In this document: positions 54,205 through 62,969 of the stretch, one piece after another
How positions within the stretch are numbered: position 1 is the stretch's first letter
How the letters are laid out: each line of letters opens with the position of its first letter
DNA from: a bacterium
GTDB lineage: Bacteria > Joyebacterota > Joyebacteria > Joyebacterales > Joyebacteraceae
Direction: 5' to 3'
Assembly (NCBI GenBank): GCA_029990205.1
Contig: JAPEKQ010000002.1
Coordinates: forward strand, 163,240 to 227,239
Length of the DNA: 64,000 nt
The notes under the pieces: generated by a model
What the model was told of the DNA's origin: nothing
The model's input: only the letters and a program-made list of their open reading frames with translations
The model's database searches: none
Program-made: the position numbers and the translations under genes

Positions 54205-55031
54205 GTAAGAGAGGCTTCTGGGACGTCATGAACACGCTCGACCGGAGGATCATATTCCTGATCCTCCTGATCTGCGTGACGCTCCCTCTCCTCCTCAACG
54301 TCGGCGGCGAGATCCCGCCGACCGCGCCGGTGGAGCGCGCCTACGACGCGGTCGCGACGCTCGAGGCGGGCGACGTGCTCCTGGTGTCGATCGACTTCGA
54401 CGCGACGTCGGCACCGGAGCTGATGCCGATGCTGCGCTCGGTGCTGCGCCAGGCCTTCGCGAAGGATGTCCGCGTGATCATGCTCGGTCACATCGCCATC
54501 GGGCTGCCACTGGGTCACATGGCGCTCGAAGAGGTCGCGGCCGAGTACGGGAAGAACTACGGAACGGACTACGTGGACCTCGGATACCGTCCGGGCTACA
54601 TCGCCGTCATGATCGGGATGGGACGCGAGATACGCGACTTCTTCGACACGGACTATCAGGGCCTCAGGGTGGACGACCTGGCCGTCATGGACGGCGTCCA
54701 CTCGTACGAGGACATCGACCTGCTGTTCGGCTTCGAGCACGGAGCCGTGATCGACTACTGGGTCCGGTACGCGCAGGCGAGATTCGACCAGCGGATGGCC
54801 TTCGGGACGACCGCGGTCATGGCGCCCGACGCGTATCCGTACCTGCAGTCGAATCAGATCGAGGGGCTGGTCGGGGGGCTCAAGGGCGCGGCGGAGTACG
54901 AGACGCTCATCGGGCACCCCGGGCTCGGAACGCGCGGCATGCCGGCACAGCAGTGGGCGCACCTTCTGGTCATCGGATTCATTCTGCTCGGGAACATCGG
55001 CTACTTCGTCTCGAGGCGGAACCGCGGATAA
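54201..55031 (+). CDS. Bitopic membrane protein C of the unassigned module (N- and C-terminal TM helices flanking a ~220-aa domain)
   Basis: The GTG at 54201 overlaps the upstream TGA (GTGA). The central domain resembles the post-TM domain of protein A in layout. The track ORF start at 53778 is over-extended. Confidence 0.65.
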   Translation: MSKRGFWDVMNTLDRRIIFLILLICVTLPLLLNVGGEIPPTAPVERAYDAVATLEAGDVLLVSIDFDATSAPELMPMLRSVLRQAFAKDVRVIMLGHIAIGLPLGHMALEEVAAEYGKNYGTDYVDLGYRPGYIAVMIGMGREIRDFFDTDYQGLRVDDLAVMDGVHSYEDIDLLFGFEHGAVIDYWVRYAQARFDQRMAFGTTAVMAPDAYPYLQSNQIEGLVGGLKGAAEYETLIGHPGLGTRGMPAQQWAHLLVIGFILLGNIGYFVSRRNRG

Positions 55032-55046
55032 CGCGAGGGGAACGGT

Positions 55047-55685
55047 TTGGGTTCACCGGTCGTCATGGTCATCGGAACGTGGCTCGCGGGGTTTCTGACC
55101 CTCGCGATCCTGTCGTTCCTCTATAAGGACAATCCCTTCTACAAGCTCGCCGAGCATCTCTACGTCGGCGTGTCGGCGGGGTACTGGCTCATTTACGTGG
55201 CGTTCTTCGACGTGGAGCCGATGCTCATCGATACGTTCATGACCGAGACCGGCGTCGAGAAATGGCTCATCCTGATCCCGGGCGCGCTCGGTCTCATCAT
55301 GCTCTCGAGATGGTTCCCCAGGACCGCGTGGCTGTCGCGCTGGCCGATCGCGTTCACGGTCGGCATCGGCGCGGGCCTCGGGATCACGGCGAACCTGCAG
55401 GGCTACGTCGTACCGCAGGTCGAGGCCACCCTCATTCCACTGTCCGGGTGGAATCTCGTGAGCCTGAGCAATCTGATCCTCATCGTCGGCGTCGTGACGA
55501 CGCTGCTCTACTTCTACTTCTCGAAGCCTCACAAGGGAGTCCTCGGCGGGGCGGCGCGTGTCGGAGTCGTCTTCATCATGATCAGCTTCGGCGCATCGTT
55601 CGGATACACGCTGATGGCGCGTATCTCGCTCCTCATCGGAAGACTCTACTTCCTCCTGCACGACCTTCTGCACGTATTGGATTAG
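55047..55685 (+). CDS. Polytopic membrane protein D of the unassigned module
   Basis: 212 aa, about 6 helices. TTG start after GAGGGG. No family recognised. Confidence 0.7.
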   Translation: MGSPVVMVIGTWLAGFLTLAILSFLYKDNPFYKLAEHLYVGVSAGYWLIYVAFFDVEPMLIDTFMTETGVEKWLILIPGALGLIMLSRWFPRTAWLSRWPIAFTVGIGAGLGITANLQGYVVPQVEATLIPLSGWNLVSLSNLILIVGVVTTLLYFYFSKPHKGVLGGAARVGVVFIMISFGASFGYTLMARISLLIGRLYFLLHDLLHVLD

Positions 55686-56680
55686 CCCGCCCAGCGTGAG
55701 AGATTCACGCCGGCGCCCACGGTGAACGCATCGGGGAGTGAATCCGCCGATGCCATCCGTATGGCCGCGCGCACGCCGCGGAATCCGCTCTCCAGAAGGA
55801 GCGCGGTGGCGTCGCGATAGCGTCCGTTGATGCCGGTGAGGATCTGTGTGAGTCCGAGCGATGCCCCCCTGCACCAGACCTGTCGCAGGAGATCGACGAG
55901 CACCGCGCGCTCGTCCGCGCCCGGACGGATGGCGAGCACGTGGATGTACCCCCGCCCGGAGGTGTCGCGGCTCCGGAACGGGACCGTCCTGAGAACGGCG
56001 AATCCGTCCAGCGAGCCACTCGGCCCCTCGACCAGGAACGTGTCGCCGAGTTCATGCTTCTCGCACGCGGCGACCTCGCTCGAGTAATCGAGCCCCGGCA
56101 GCAGCGCGGCGGAGATGTCGCGGATGCCGACCATGGCGCGGCGGCGGGCGCCGGAGTCGGCGGCGCCCAGCATGCGAAGCTCGTCCGCGGGAAGCCCGTT
56201 GTACCGGTCGGCCGTCCGCACGAGCGAGAGCTCCATGATGGTGGTCGGGAACGTCACACTGAACCCGGCCCTGGTGTAGAGGCCGAGGTTCGGACCGCTC
56301 TCGGGCATGGTCTCCAGACCGATGATGTCCGCGCGCGGCCGCAGGTATCCGAGTACGTGGTCGACGAGCGTCGACCCGACACCGAGTCCCTGGAGCTGCG
56401 TCGGAACCCCGAACGTCCCGAACCAGCCGACCCTCCCCCACGTCCGCGCGAGGATGAAGCCAACCATGGCTCCGTCCGCGGCGATCGCGACGAGGTTCGC
56501 TTCGGGATCGAGTGACGTAGTGTATCGAAGGGAGTCGAGTGAGCGCTCGGGAAGCGGGTCCTGCGGCTTTCGGTTCGCCCGGTACCAGTCCGTGAACACG
56601 CCGGCCTCGATCTCGGCGACGGCCGGCAGGTCACTCTCGGTCATGACTCGTACTGCGAAATCCAGCTGGGTCACGAACAT
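55682..56680 (-). CDS. Two-domain GNAT-family N-acetyltransferase
   Basis: QLQGLGVGSTLV acetyl-CoA-binding motif and a second GNAT-like half. The start is uncertain (ATG at 56680 directly abuts GGAGG; GTG at 56674 is possible). Confidence 0.75.
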   Translation of the reverse strand: MFVTQLDFAVRVMTESDLPAVAEIEAGVFTDWYRANRKPQDPLPERSLDSLRYTTSLDPEANLVAIAADGAMVGFILARTWGRVGWFGTFGVPTQLQGLGVGSTLVDHVLGYLRPRADIIGLETMPESGPNLGLYTRAGFSVTFPTTIMELSLVRTADRYNGLPADELRMLGAADSGARRRAMVGIRDISAALLPGLDYSSEVAACEKHELGDTFLVEGPSGSLDGFAVLRTVPFRSRDTSGRGYIHVLAIRPGADERAVLVDLLRQVWCRGASLGLTQILTGINGRYRDATALLLESGFRGVRAAIRMASADSLPDAFTVGAGVNLSRWAG

Positions 56681-56796
56681 CCTCCACGCACCGGCCCGGA
56701 CGTCGACAGCAGTATCCGCTCACATACAAGAAGTACCGGACGCGGCCAGTCCTGTCAAGCGCGCCGCGTCGCAGGACCACGCCGACTCTCCGGCTC

Positions 56797-57297
56797 TCAC
56801 CGCCGCCAACCTCTCAATCGAGGCACCCACCGCGGCACATTCGCTTTGTACTCGCGATACGAGTCACCGAACCTGTCCTCCAGGGCCTTCTCCTCGCTGA
56901 GCGGGAAGTAGACGGCGTTGCCGGCGAAGAACACGCATGCCCAGAGCGCCACGGGAATCGACCGGAGAATGAGCGCCTCGGACACCAGCATGAGAATCGC
57001 GCCGATGATCATCGGGTTCCGCACGTGGCGGTACGGACCTCGAACGACGAATCGCGTCGGCGGGTTCCAGGGTGCAGGTGTACCGTTGCCGTACCTCACG
57101 AACAGAGTCGATGTCCAGGCACCCAGCGCGACGCCGGAGCACCCGGCAACGACGCCTATCCAGAAGGTCAAGTCCCCGAAGCCGGAGAGCTGGTGCTCGA
57201 GCCGCGTGCCTGACGCCAGATACACGATCAACAGAGGGATGAAGACCACGACCGTCCCGGGAAGCACGATGATCGCCTGAAGCAGCTTCCAGCTCAT
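56797..57297 (-). CDS. Isoprenylcysteine carboxyl methyltransferase (ICMT)/PEMT-family membrane methyltransferase
   Basis: RGPYRHVRNPMIIG and EE..L...FG..Y..Y motifs; 4-5 TM helices. Confidence 0.82.
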   Translation of the reverse strand: MSWKLLQAIIVLPGTVVVFIPLLIVYLASGTRLEHQLSGFGDLTFWIGVVAGCSGVALGAWTSTLFVRYGNGTPAPWNPPTRFVVRGPYRHVRNPMIIGAILMLVSEALILRSIPVALWACVFFAGNAVYFPLSEEKALEDRFGDSYREYKANVPRWVPRLRGWRR

Positions 57298-57337
57298 CCT
57301 GGCCTCTCCCTCCGCAGCGGGACCATTGGACCCGCCG

Positions 57338-58000
57338 CTACTCCTCCACTACCTCGGGCACGACACGGTCGAAGACGTATCCGGCGTGCTCGGCACCCCA
57401 GATGTGATTGCCTTCTTCATCCCAGCCGCGGTCCCAGCTGAGGATGCCGTCGGCGGTCACGCGGACCTCAGATGTCGCGTATGATGCCCCATGGAGTGTG
57501 CTCCCGCACTCGCCGACGACCGTCTCACCCTCGAACGCGCCGTCTTCCGTCTTCGCGAGGAAGACAGTGCAGCCGTCCTTGAGCGTGAGCGAGTCAGGCG
57601 AAAGCGCCGCAAGCGGGTGGTCCTCGGACCACACCCCGGCGAAGCGGATCGGGTCGCGGAGAAGGTAGATGTCGCTTCGGAAGGTTCCCGGCGGATCCTC
57701 GGTCAGATGATAGACGCGCTGGCGATAGGGATGGTCCAGGTACGTCGCGACGGCCTGCTCCACGTAGAGCCAGCATCCGTCCTCGCGCGATGACCAGATT
57801 CGCGCCATCTCGAGGCGGATGTCGTAGTAGTTCGTGTCGGCAATCGACTGCGCCTGGCTGCTGAAGGAGCCCGTCATCCACTCGGCAAGCGTGTCGAAGT
57901 CGCTGACGGTCTCCTGCTGCGAGCAGCCCGTCGTGGCACACGCGGCAACCAGGACCGCGAGAAGGACCACCGCCAGTGTTCTCTGTCGCATCTGTGACAT
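57338..58000 (-). CDS. CpcT/CpeT-like (DUF1001) lipoprotein
   Basis: Lipobox VAAC. WMTGSFSSQAQ, PYRQRVYHL and GC..F...G.F.G patterns resemble the CpcT bilin-lyase fold family. ATG at 58000 after GGCGGAG. Confidence 0.7.
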   Translation of the reverse strand: MSQMRQRTLAVVLLAVLVAACATTGCSQQETVSDFDTLAEWMTGSFSSQAQSIADTNYYDIRLEMARIWSSREDGCWLYVEQAVATYLDHPYRQRVYHLTEDPPGTFRSDIYLLRDPIRFAGVWSEDHPLAALSPDSLTLKDGCTVFLAKTEDGAFEGETVVGECGSTLHGASYATSEVRVTADGILSWDRGWDEEGNHIWGAEHAGYVFDRVVPEVVEE

Positions 58001-58029
58001 GATGGAGTCTCCGCCTGTGTGTGGTCGGC

Positions 58030-58779
58030 TCACCAACCAGCTCTCCGGTCGGCCTCAGAGGTCATCTCATTCACGATCGCGTCCAGCCCCTCGAGCCCCA
58101 AGCGCTCGAGTTCTGTCGACGGTATAGGACGCCCGACGACCACGGCGCACCGCGCGAAGAGCAAGGGCATCATGAACCGGTCCCAGGTCTGTGGAACCGT
58201 CCACGCCGGACTCGCGCTGACGCCGATCGGGACGATCGAGCAGCCCGACGACTGCGCGGCCGCGACGGCGCCGCCTTTCGAACGACGCTCTGGACCGCTC
58301 GGGCCGTCGAGTGCCACACCGCCGTCCGCGCCCGCTTCGAGCGCGCTCTTCATGGCGATGAGCGCGGCCGTGCCGCGCCGTCCGCTCGAGCCGCGCACGG
58401 TGGCGTAGCCGAACCGCTCGAGCACGCGCGTCAGCACCTCACCCGCGAAACTCGTCGACGTGATGATGACGATACCGCGGTCCCGGAACGCCGGGACGAG
58501 GAGGAACAGTCGGCCGTGCCAGAACGCGTAGATCTTCCCGGGATCGCGGGCGTCGCGCGCGGAGTCCGGACCCGATGGGGCGTCCCCGCCCGGCGCGCCG
58601 CCGGACGGCTCGGCGCTCCCGAGCGCAGCCGCATGCTGCGTCCAGTCGATCCGGAGCGTGGCGGCCACGGCGCTCATGACGAGCGCCGCCGCGCCCGACA
58701 GAACGGCGATGAACCACCGCGAGCGGGATATCCGCTTCCGCAGTCTCCTGATGCGCGAGCGCTTGCGACCGGGCGCCAA
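58030..58779 (-). CDS. DUF374-domain protein (lysophospholipid-acyltransferase-like)
   Basis: KIYAFWHGRLF..., TSTSFAGE, DGPSGP and IVPIGV motifs. Proposed TTG start at 58779, 5 nt after the upstream TAG. The track ORF is over-extended to 59025. Confidence 0.7.
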   Translation of the reverse strand: MAPGRKRSRIRRLRKRISRSRWFIAVLSGAAALVMSAVAATLRIDWTQHAAALGSAEPSGGAPGGDAPSGPDSARDARDPGKIYAFWHGRLFLLVPAFRDRGIVIITSTSFAGEVLTRVLERFGYATVRGSSGRRGTAALIAMKSALEAGADGGVALDGPSGPERRSKGGAVAAAQSSGCSIVPIGVSASPAWTVPQTWDRFMMPLLFARCAVVVGRPIPSTELERLGLEGLDAIVNEMTSEADRRAGW

Positions 58780-58784
58780 GACCG

Positions 58785-59129
58785 CTACTTCCCCTTCCTG
58801 CGAGCCTCGAGCCCCTCGCGGAGCATCGGAGCCATCTTGAGAAACTCCTCGAGCGTGTCGCAGCCGTAGTCGTCGCACTCGGCGCACGTCGTCACGCCGC
58901 GCTTCACTCCGCACAGCCTGACCGTGCACACGCTGCAGTGACCGAGCTTGACCTCGCCGTCGCTGGTGCAGCCACTGCAGTTGATGTCCTCGGGCTTGAG
59001 CTCGGCGTTGTGCATCTTCGACCACTCGGCGGCCGTCTTCGCGCGCAGCTCATCGTCATCGTCTCTCATCGCGATGAACGCCGAGCAGTCGGTGCAGACG
59101 AGTCCACAGATCCCGATGATCTCAGCCAT
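58785..59129 (-). CDS. DUF3795-like Cys-rich (11 Cys) metal-binding protein
   Basis: ICGLVCTDCSAF..., CSGC, CSVCTVRLC and CAECDDYGC patterns. Confidence 0.75.
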   Translation of the reverse strand: MAEIIGICGLVCTDCSAFIAMRDDDDELRAKTAAEWSKMHNAELKPEDINCSGCTSDGEVKLGHCSVCTVRLCGVKRGVTTCAECDDYGCDTLEEFLKMAPMLREGLEARRKGK

Positions 59130-59138
59130 GGATCCCTC

Positions 59139-59615
59139 CTAGTGATGATACGGGTGCGGGTCACCGAAGTACGAGACACAGAACGCTTCGGTCGTCGCGA
59201 GCAGCTTCGCTGGAACATCGGGGTCAACGGTCTGCTTGCACTTCATCGCGAGAGTGAGCATGTGATGGAGTCCGCCCAGTCTCTCGTGATAGACGGCGCG
59301 AGCCTCGTCGTCTCCAGGAGCTCCCGGCTTGATGCGCTGCGCGAGGAAGTACTCGGAAACGATGTCCTGGATCGCCTGTGCGTGCTCCTCCTTGGTGATG
59401 ACCCAGCGCACGATCTGATTGTAGTTCTTCGCGCCGTCCATCGAGAGCTCGCTGATCTGGACCATGGCCTTCTCGATGGTCCGGGCGTGCTCCTCGATCA
59501 TGCCGATCCGCATGGCGTCATCGTAGATCCCGCACGGGACCTGACAGTGCGCCATCACCGCGCTCGGAACAAGGACTGCCAGCGACACTGCCAGGATCAG
59601 GGTTCTTGCTCTCAT
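59139..59615 (-). CDS. sodN: Nickel superoxide dismutase (NiSOD) precursor with Sec-type leader
   Basis: The Ni-hook HCQVPCGIYDD (consensus HCxxPCGxY) lies directly after a 22-aa leader, MRARTLILAVSLAVLVPSAVMA. The four-helix-bundle length fits. Confidence 0.88.
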   Translation of the reverse strand: MRARTLILAVSLAVLVPSAVMAHCQVPCGIYDDAMRIGMIEEHARTIEKAMVQISELSMDGAKNYNQIVRWVITKEEHAQAIQDIVSEYFLAQRIKPGAPGDDEARAVYHERLGGLHHMLTLAMKCKQTVDPDVPAKLLATTEAFCVSYFGDPHPYHH

Positions 59616-59630
59616 GATCTCCTCCTCTGA

Positions 59631-62105
59631 CTACTCGGCCTCTCGGTTCTTCACGTACGTATCGAGCCAGGTCTCCGTCTCCCAGAGCAGATGGAGCAGC
59701 GATTCCCTCGCCCGGTAGCTGTGACTCTCGTGCGGAAGCATCACGAACCGCACCGTCGCCCCGTGTCCCTTGAGAGCCGTGAAGAACCGCTCGCTCTGCA
59801 TCGGGAACGTACCGGGGTTGTTGTCGGCCTCTCCGTGCACCAGAAGGAGCGGCTCGTTGACCTTGTCCGCGTGCATGAACGGCGACATCTCGAAGTAGGT
59901 CTCGGGCGCCTCCCACAACGTCCGATCCTCCGACTGGAATCCGAACGGCGTGAGCGTCCGGTTGTATGCACCGGTCCGCGCGAGCCCGGCCGCGAAGATG
60001 TCGGAGTGCGCCAGCAGGTTCGCCGTCATGAACGCGCCGTACGAGTGCCCGCCAATGGCGATCCGGTCGCGGTCGGCCACGCCGAGCCGCACGACCTCGT
60101 CAACGGCCGCCTGCGCGCTCGCGACGAGCTGTTCGAGATGGGTATCGTTCGGCTGCGCGTCGCCCTCTCCCACGATCGGCATCGTCGGACCGTCGAGCAC
60201 CGAGTAGCCCTGCGTGAGCCAGACGAGCGGCGACCACCAGCCGACCCAATCGAACCGATACGGCGACTCGTTCACCTGACCCGCGGCGTCGGCGCTCTTG
60301 AACTCGCGCGGATAGGCCCACATCACCATCGGGAGCGGACCGTCACGCTCCGCTTCGTACCCTTCGGGCAGATAGAGCGTCCCCGTCAGGTCGACGCCGT
60401 CCTCACGCTGGTAGCGGATCAGCTCCTTGCTCGCGCGCGCGAACTCCGGGAGCGGGTTCTCGCTGAACGTGATCTGCCGGAGCGTCCCGTCCGCAAGGTC
60501 GCGGATGAAGTAGTTCGGAATGTCGTCGACGGACTCGCGTCTCGTCAGGACGTGCTGTCCCGTCTTGTTGAACACGAGGATCGGCCGCTCGTAGAACGGC
60601 GCCTCGGATCGGAAGAGCCGCTGCGTCTCTCCGTGATAGGTATCGAACGCGTCGAGGAACGGCCGGTCGCCCTCGGGCGACGCCCCGTCGCCGACGAGGA
60701 AGATCGTGTTGGCGTCGTCGGCCGTCAGCATCACGCTGCGCCCATATCCGTTGCGGGTCATCACGGGCTCGCCGGGATCGTTGTACCGGTCCTCCCACGA
60801 GTAGTCCATGAGCAGCTCGGGCTCGCCGGGCGCGTCAGGCGACACTCGCCAGGCGCGGACCGAGCGCGTGTCCCACCACCATTCGCTCAGGATCGCCAGT
60901 TCGCCATGTCCCCACCGGACCTCGTCGTACCGGAACTCAAGCGTCGAAAGGACGACCGGTTCGCCGTCGAAGGGCGCCGAAAGCATGAAGATGCGGTCGC
61001 GGACCTCCGCCTCCCGGCCGGCGTCGCCACCGTCGAGAGCCTCTGCCCAGACCAGCGTCGCCGGGGCGTCCGCGCGCCACTCGACGCTCCGGGGACCCTC
61101 GTGCGTGCTTCCCCGCGCGATGGGGATCGACTCCCGGAGCGGCTGATCGGCGACCGTGTGGAGCACGTTCCCCTCAAGGTCCCACACCTCGATCAGTACC
61201 GGGAACCGGTACGAGGGAACGACGTACGAGTACGGACGATGGAGCGTCCACACGAGCAGCTTCGTTCCGTCGGGCGACGGGTCGACGCCCCAGCGGACAG
61301 CCGGCTCGCCGAGCGGCGTGATCGTCCCGTCGAGATCGATGAGCGCGAGCTGCGTCGTCATGTAGTGGTCGAAGAGCGCCTCGTCGTGCGGACTCGCCAG
61401 AAGATCCTGGTAGGTCCGGGCAGGCGAGAGCTGCCCCAGGTTCTCCTGGACGATCGGACCGTCGGGGACCCGCGAGCCTGCGGGCTCCTCACCGCGTTCC
61501 TCAGGAACGAGGCATGCCACGAGCGCGCTTCCGTCCGACAGCCAGTTCGGTCTGATGCCGGCCGTGAGACTCACGAGCGGATCGGTCAGCCGGCGCGCCT
61601 CGCCGGAAGAAGCCTCGGCCACCCAGAGCTCGACACCGACCGGCGTTGTGTTCGTGAACGCGATACGCTCTCCGTCCGGCGCCCACGTCACGCTCCCGAT
61701 GCGCGGGTTCTCGGGCAGTCCCGTGACGGGCTGGCGTGCGAGATCGGAGATCCTCAGGAAGGTCAGCTCCTTGTACGGCCAGACGCGGCTGCGCGAGTCG
61801 TTGTCCGGCTTGATGCGGAGCCCGGCCAGTCGGAGCTCACGCTCCGCAAGTTCCTCGATCCCGGGATACCCGGGCCGCTGCATCAGCAGCGCCACATCGC
61901 GGTTCGGGCTGATGCTCGTTCCCGGCGTGCGGGGCGCGTCGATCACGTCCACGAGCTTCTGCGACGGAAGCCGGTATCCGGTCTCCTCCGCCCCCGCCGA
62001 TGACGCCGCAAGCGCGACGATCAGCATCGCGAGAGCCGCGGCCCGGTACACCGTGCTCTTCGAATGGACTGCTGCCACGTCGTCCTCCTCCGTGAGGGAT
62101 GTCAC
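59631..62105 (-). CDS. S9-family serine peptidase (prolyl oligopeptidase/dipeptidyl peptidase-like; N-terminal beta-propeller)
   Basis: GGHSYGAFM (GxSxG), HGEADNN and the HESH triad context; signal peptide. 824 aa. Confidence 0.88.
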   Translation of the reverse strand: MTSLTEEDDVAAVHSKSTVYRAAALAMLIVALAASSAGAEETGYRLPSQKLVDVIDAPRTPGTSISPNRDVALLMQRPGYPGIEELAERELRLAGLRIKPDNDSRSRVWPYKELTFLRISDLARQPVTGLPENPRIGSVTWAPDGERIAFTNTTPVGVELWVAEASSGEARRLTDPLVSLTAGIRPNWLSDGSALVACLVPEERGEEPAGSRVPDGPIVQENLGQLSPARTYQDLLASPHDEALFDHYMTTQLALIDLDGTITPLGEPAVRWGVDPSPDGTKLLVWTLHRPYSYVVPSYRFPVLIEVWDLEGNVLHTVADQPLRESIPIARGSTHEGPRSVEWRADAPATLVWAEALDGGDAGREAEVRDRIFMLSAPFDGEPVVLSTLEFRYDEVRWGHGELAILSEWWWDTRSVRAWRVSPDAPGEPELLMDYSWEDRYNDPGEPVMTRNGYGRSVMLTADDANTIFLVGDGASPEGDRPFLDAFDTYHGETQRLFRSEAPFYERPILVFNKTGQHVLTRRESVDDIPNYFIRDLADGTLRQITFSENPLPEFARASKELIRYQREDGVDLTGTLYLPEGYEAERDGPLPMVMWAYPREFKSADAAGQVNESPYRFDWVGWWSPLVWLTQGYSVLDGPTMPIVGEGDAQPNDTHLEQLVASAQAAVDEVVRLGVADRDRIAIGGHSYGAFMTANLLAHSDIFAAGLARTGAYNRTLTPFGFQSEDRTLWEAPETYFEMSPFMHADKVNEPLLLVHGEADNNPGTFPMQSERFFTALKGHGATVRFVMLPHESHSYRARESLLHLLWETETWLDTYVKNREAE

Positions 62106-62141
62106 TGGTCTACCTGATGATGGTCATACGGCTGATGATGG

Positions 62142-62969
62142 TCATACGCGCGTCCGGTCGAGCCCGCCGCTCGCGGGCGTCTCACCCTCGGACATGGATT
62201 TGGATGCGACCACGACCACGCGGTCACACTCCTCGACAGGTGGTTCGAACGCGATCCCCGAATAGGTCTCCAGCACCCGGAAACCGGCCCGCTCAAGAAG
62301 CGGCCCGAGTTCCGCGAGGCCGTACGGACGCTGACGGTGCACCTCAAGCGCTCCGTCGTCGAAGCGGAACACGGTCGTCGCCTGTCCCACCTGCCGATCG
62401 TAGTAGGTCTCCTGGTAGAACACCTCACCGTCAAGCTCGTGCTCGTAGACACCATCCTCATGCGTACGATACATCCGCTCGGTGTTCGAGTCGAACACGA
62501 ACAGCCCTCCCTCGGGCAGAACATCCGCGACCGCCCGCATCATCGACAGGACATCGTCAGGGCTCGTGAGGTAGTTGATCGAGTCGAACGTGCAGGTCAC
62601 CGCGTCGAACCGCCCGCCGGATCTCGGCCTGGATCCCTCCGGACCGGTGAAAGGGCCACCCGGGTCGCGCGTGGGACAATCCGGCAGCGGCCCGCGCATG
62701 TCACCCACCGAGAACGAGACAGCGCGGATGCCGGCCGCGCACACACGAGCCCGTTCGACCATCCGCTCGGAGTGGTCGACCCCGTGCACGGTGTGACCGC
62801 GCCGGACCAGCGCGAGGGCCAGCGTCCCCATCCCGCACGCGATATCGAGAACGGACGCGCGCTCGCGGGCGTGCGTCGCGATGAGCGTATCGATCATCGG
62901 AGCGAAGCGTTCGGAGAAGCTGCTCCACTCGGGCTCGTAGAACCTCGCGAGACGGTCGTATGCCTTCAC
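62142..62969 (-). CDS. Class I SAM-dependent methyltransferase
   Basis: VLDIACGMGTLA motif I. The GTG at 62969 overlaps the upstream TGA (GTGA). Confidence 0.82.
   Translation of the reverse strand: MKAYDRLARFYEPEWSSFSERFAPMIDTLIATHARERASVLDIACGMGTLALALVRRGHTVHGVDHSERMVERARVCAAGIRAVSFSVGDMRGPLPDCPTRDPGGPFTGPEGSRPRSGGRFDAVTCTFDSINYLTSPDDVLSMMRAVADVLPEGGLFVFDSNTERMYRTHEDGVYEHELDGEVFYQETYYDRQVGQATTVFRFDDGALEVHRQRPYGLAELGPLLERAGFRVLETYSGIAFEPPVEECDRVVVVASKSMSEGETPASGGLDRTRV

Noticed and set aside
55682-55685. Convergent genes (membrane protein D and the GNAT gene) whose stop codons overlap (ttag).
   Set aside because: The overlap is real but not unusual in compact genomes, and there is no evidence of a functional consequence.
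59691-62003. 770-aa plus-strand ORF. The same class of long alternative-frame ORFs occurs at 7878-9329, 10696-12192, 30531-32396, 32551-33663, 34943-36109, 43532-44971 and 45173-46615.
   Set aside because: Every one lies antisense to, or out of frame with, a gene that has clear family motifs. They show Arg/Pro/Gly-biased composition and lack SD sequences, so they are shadow ORFs.
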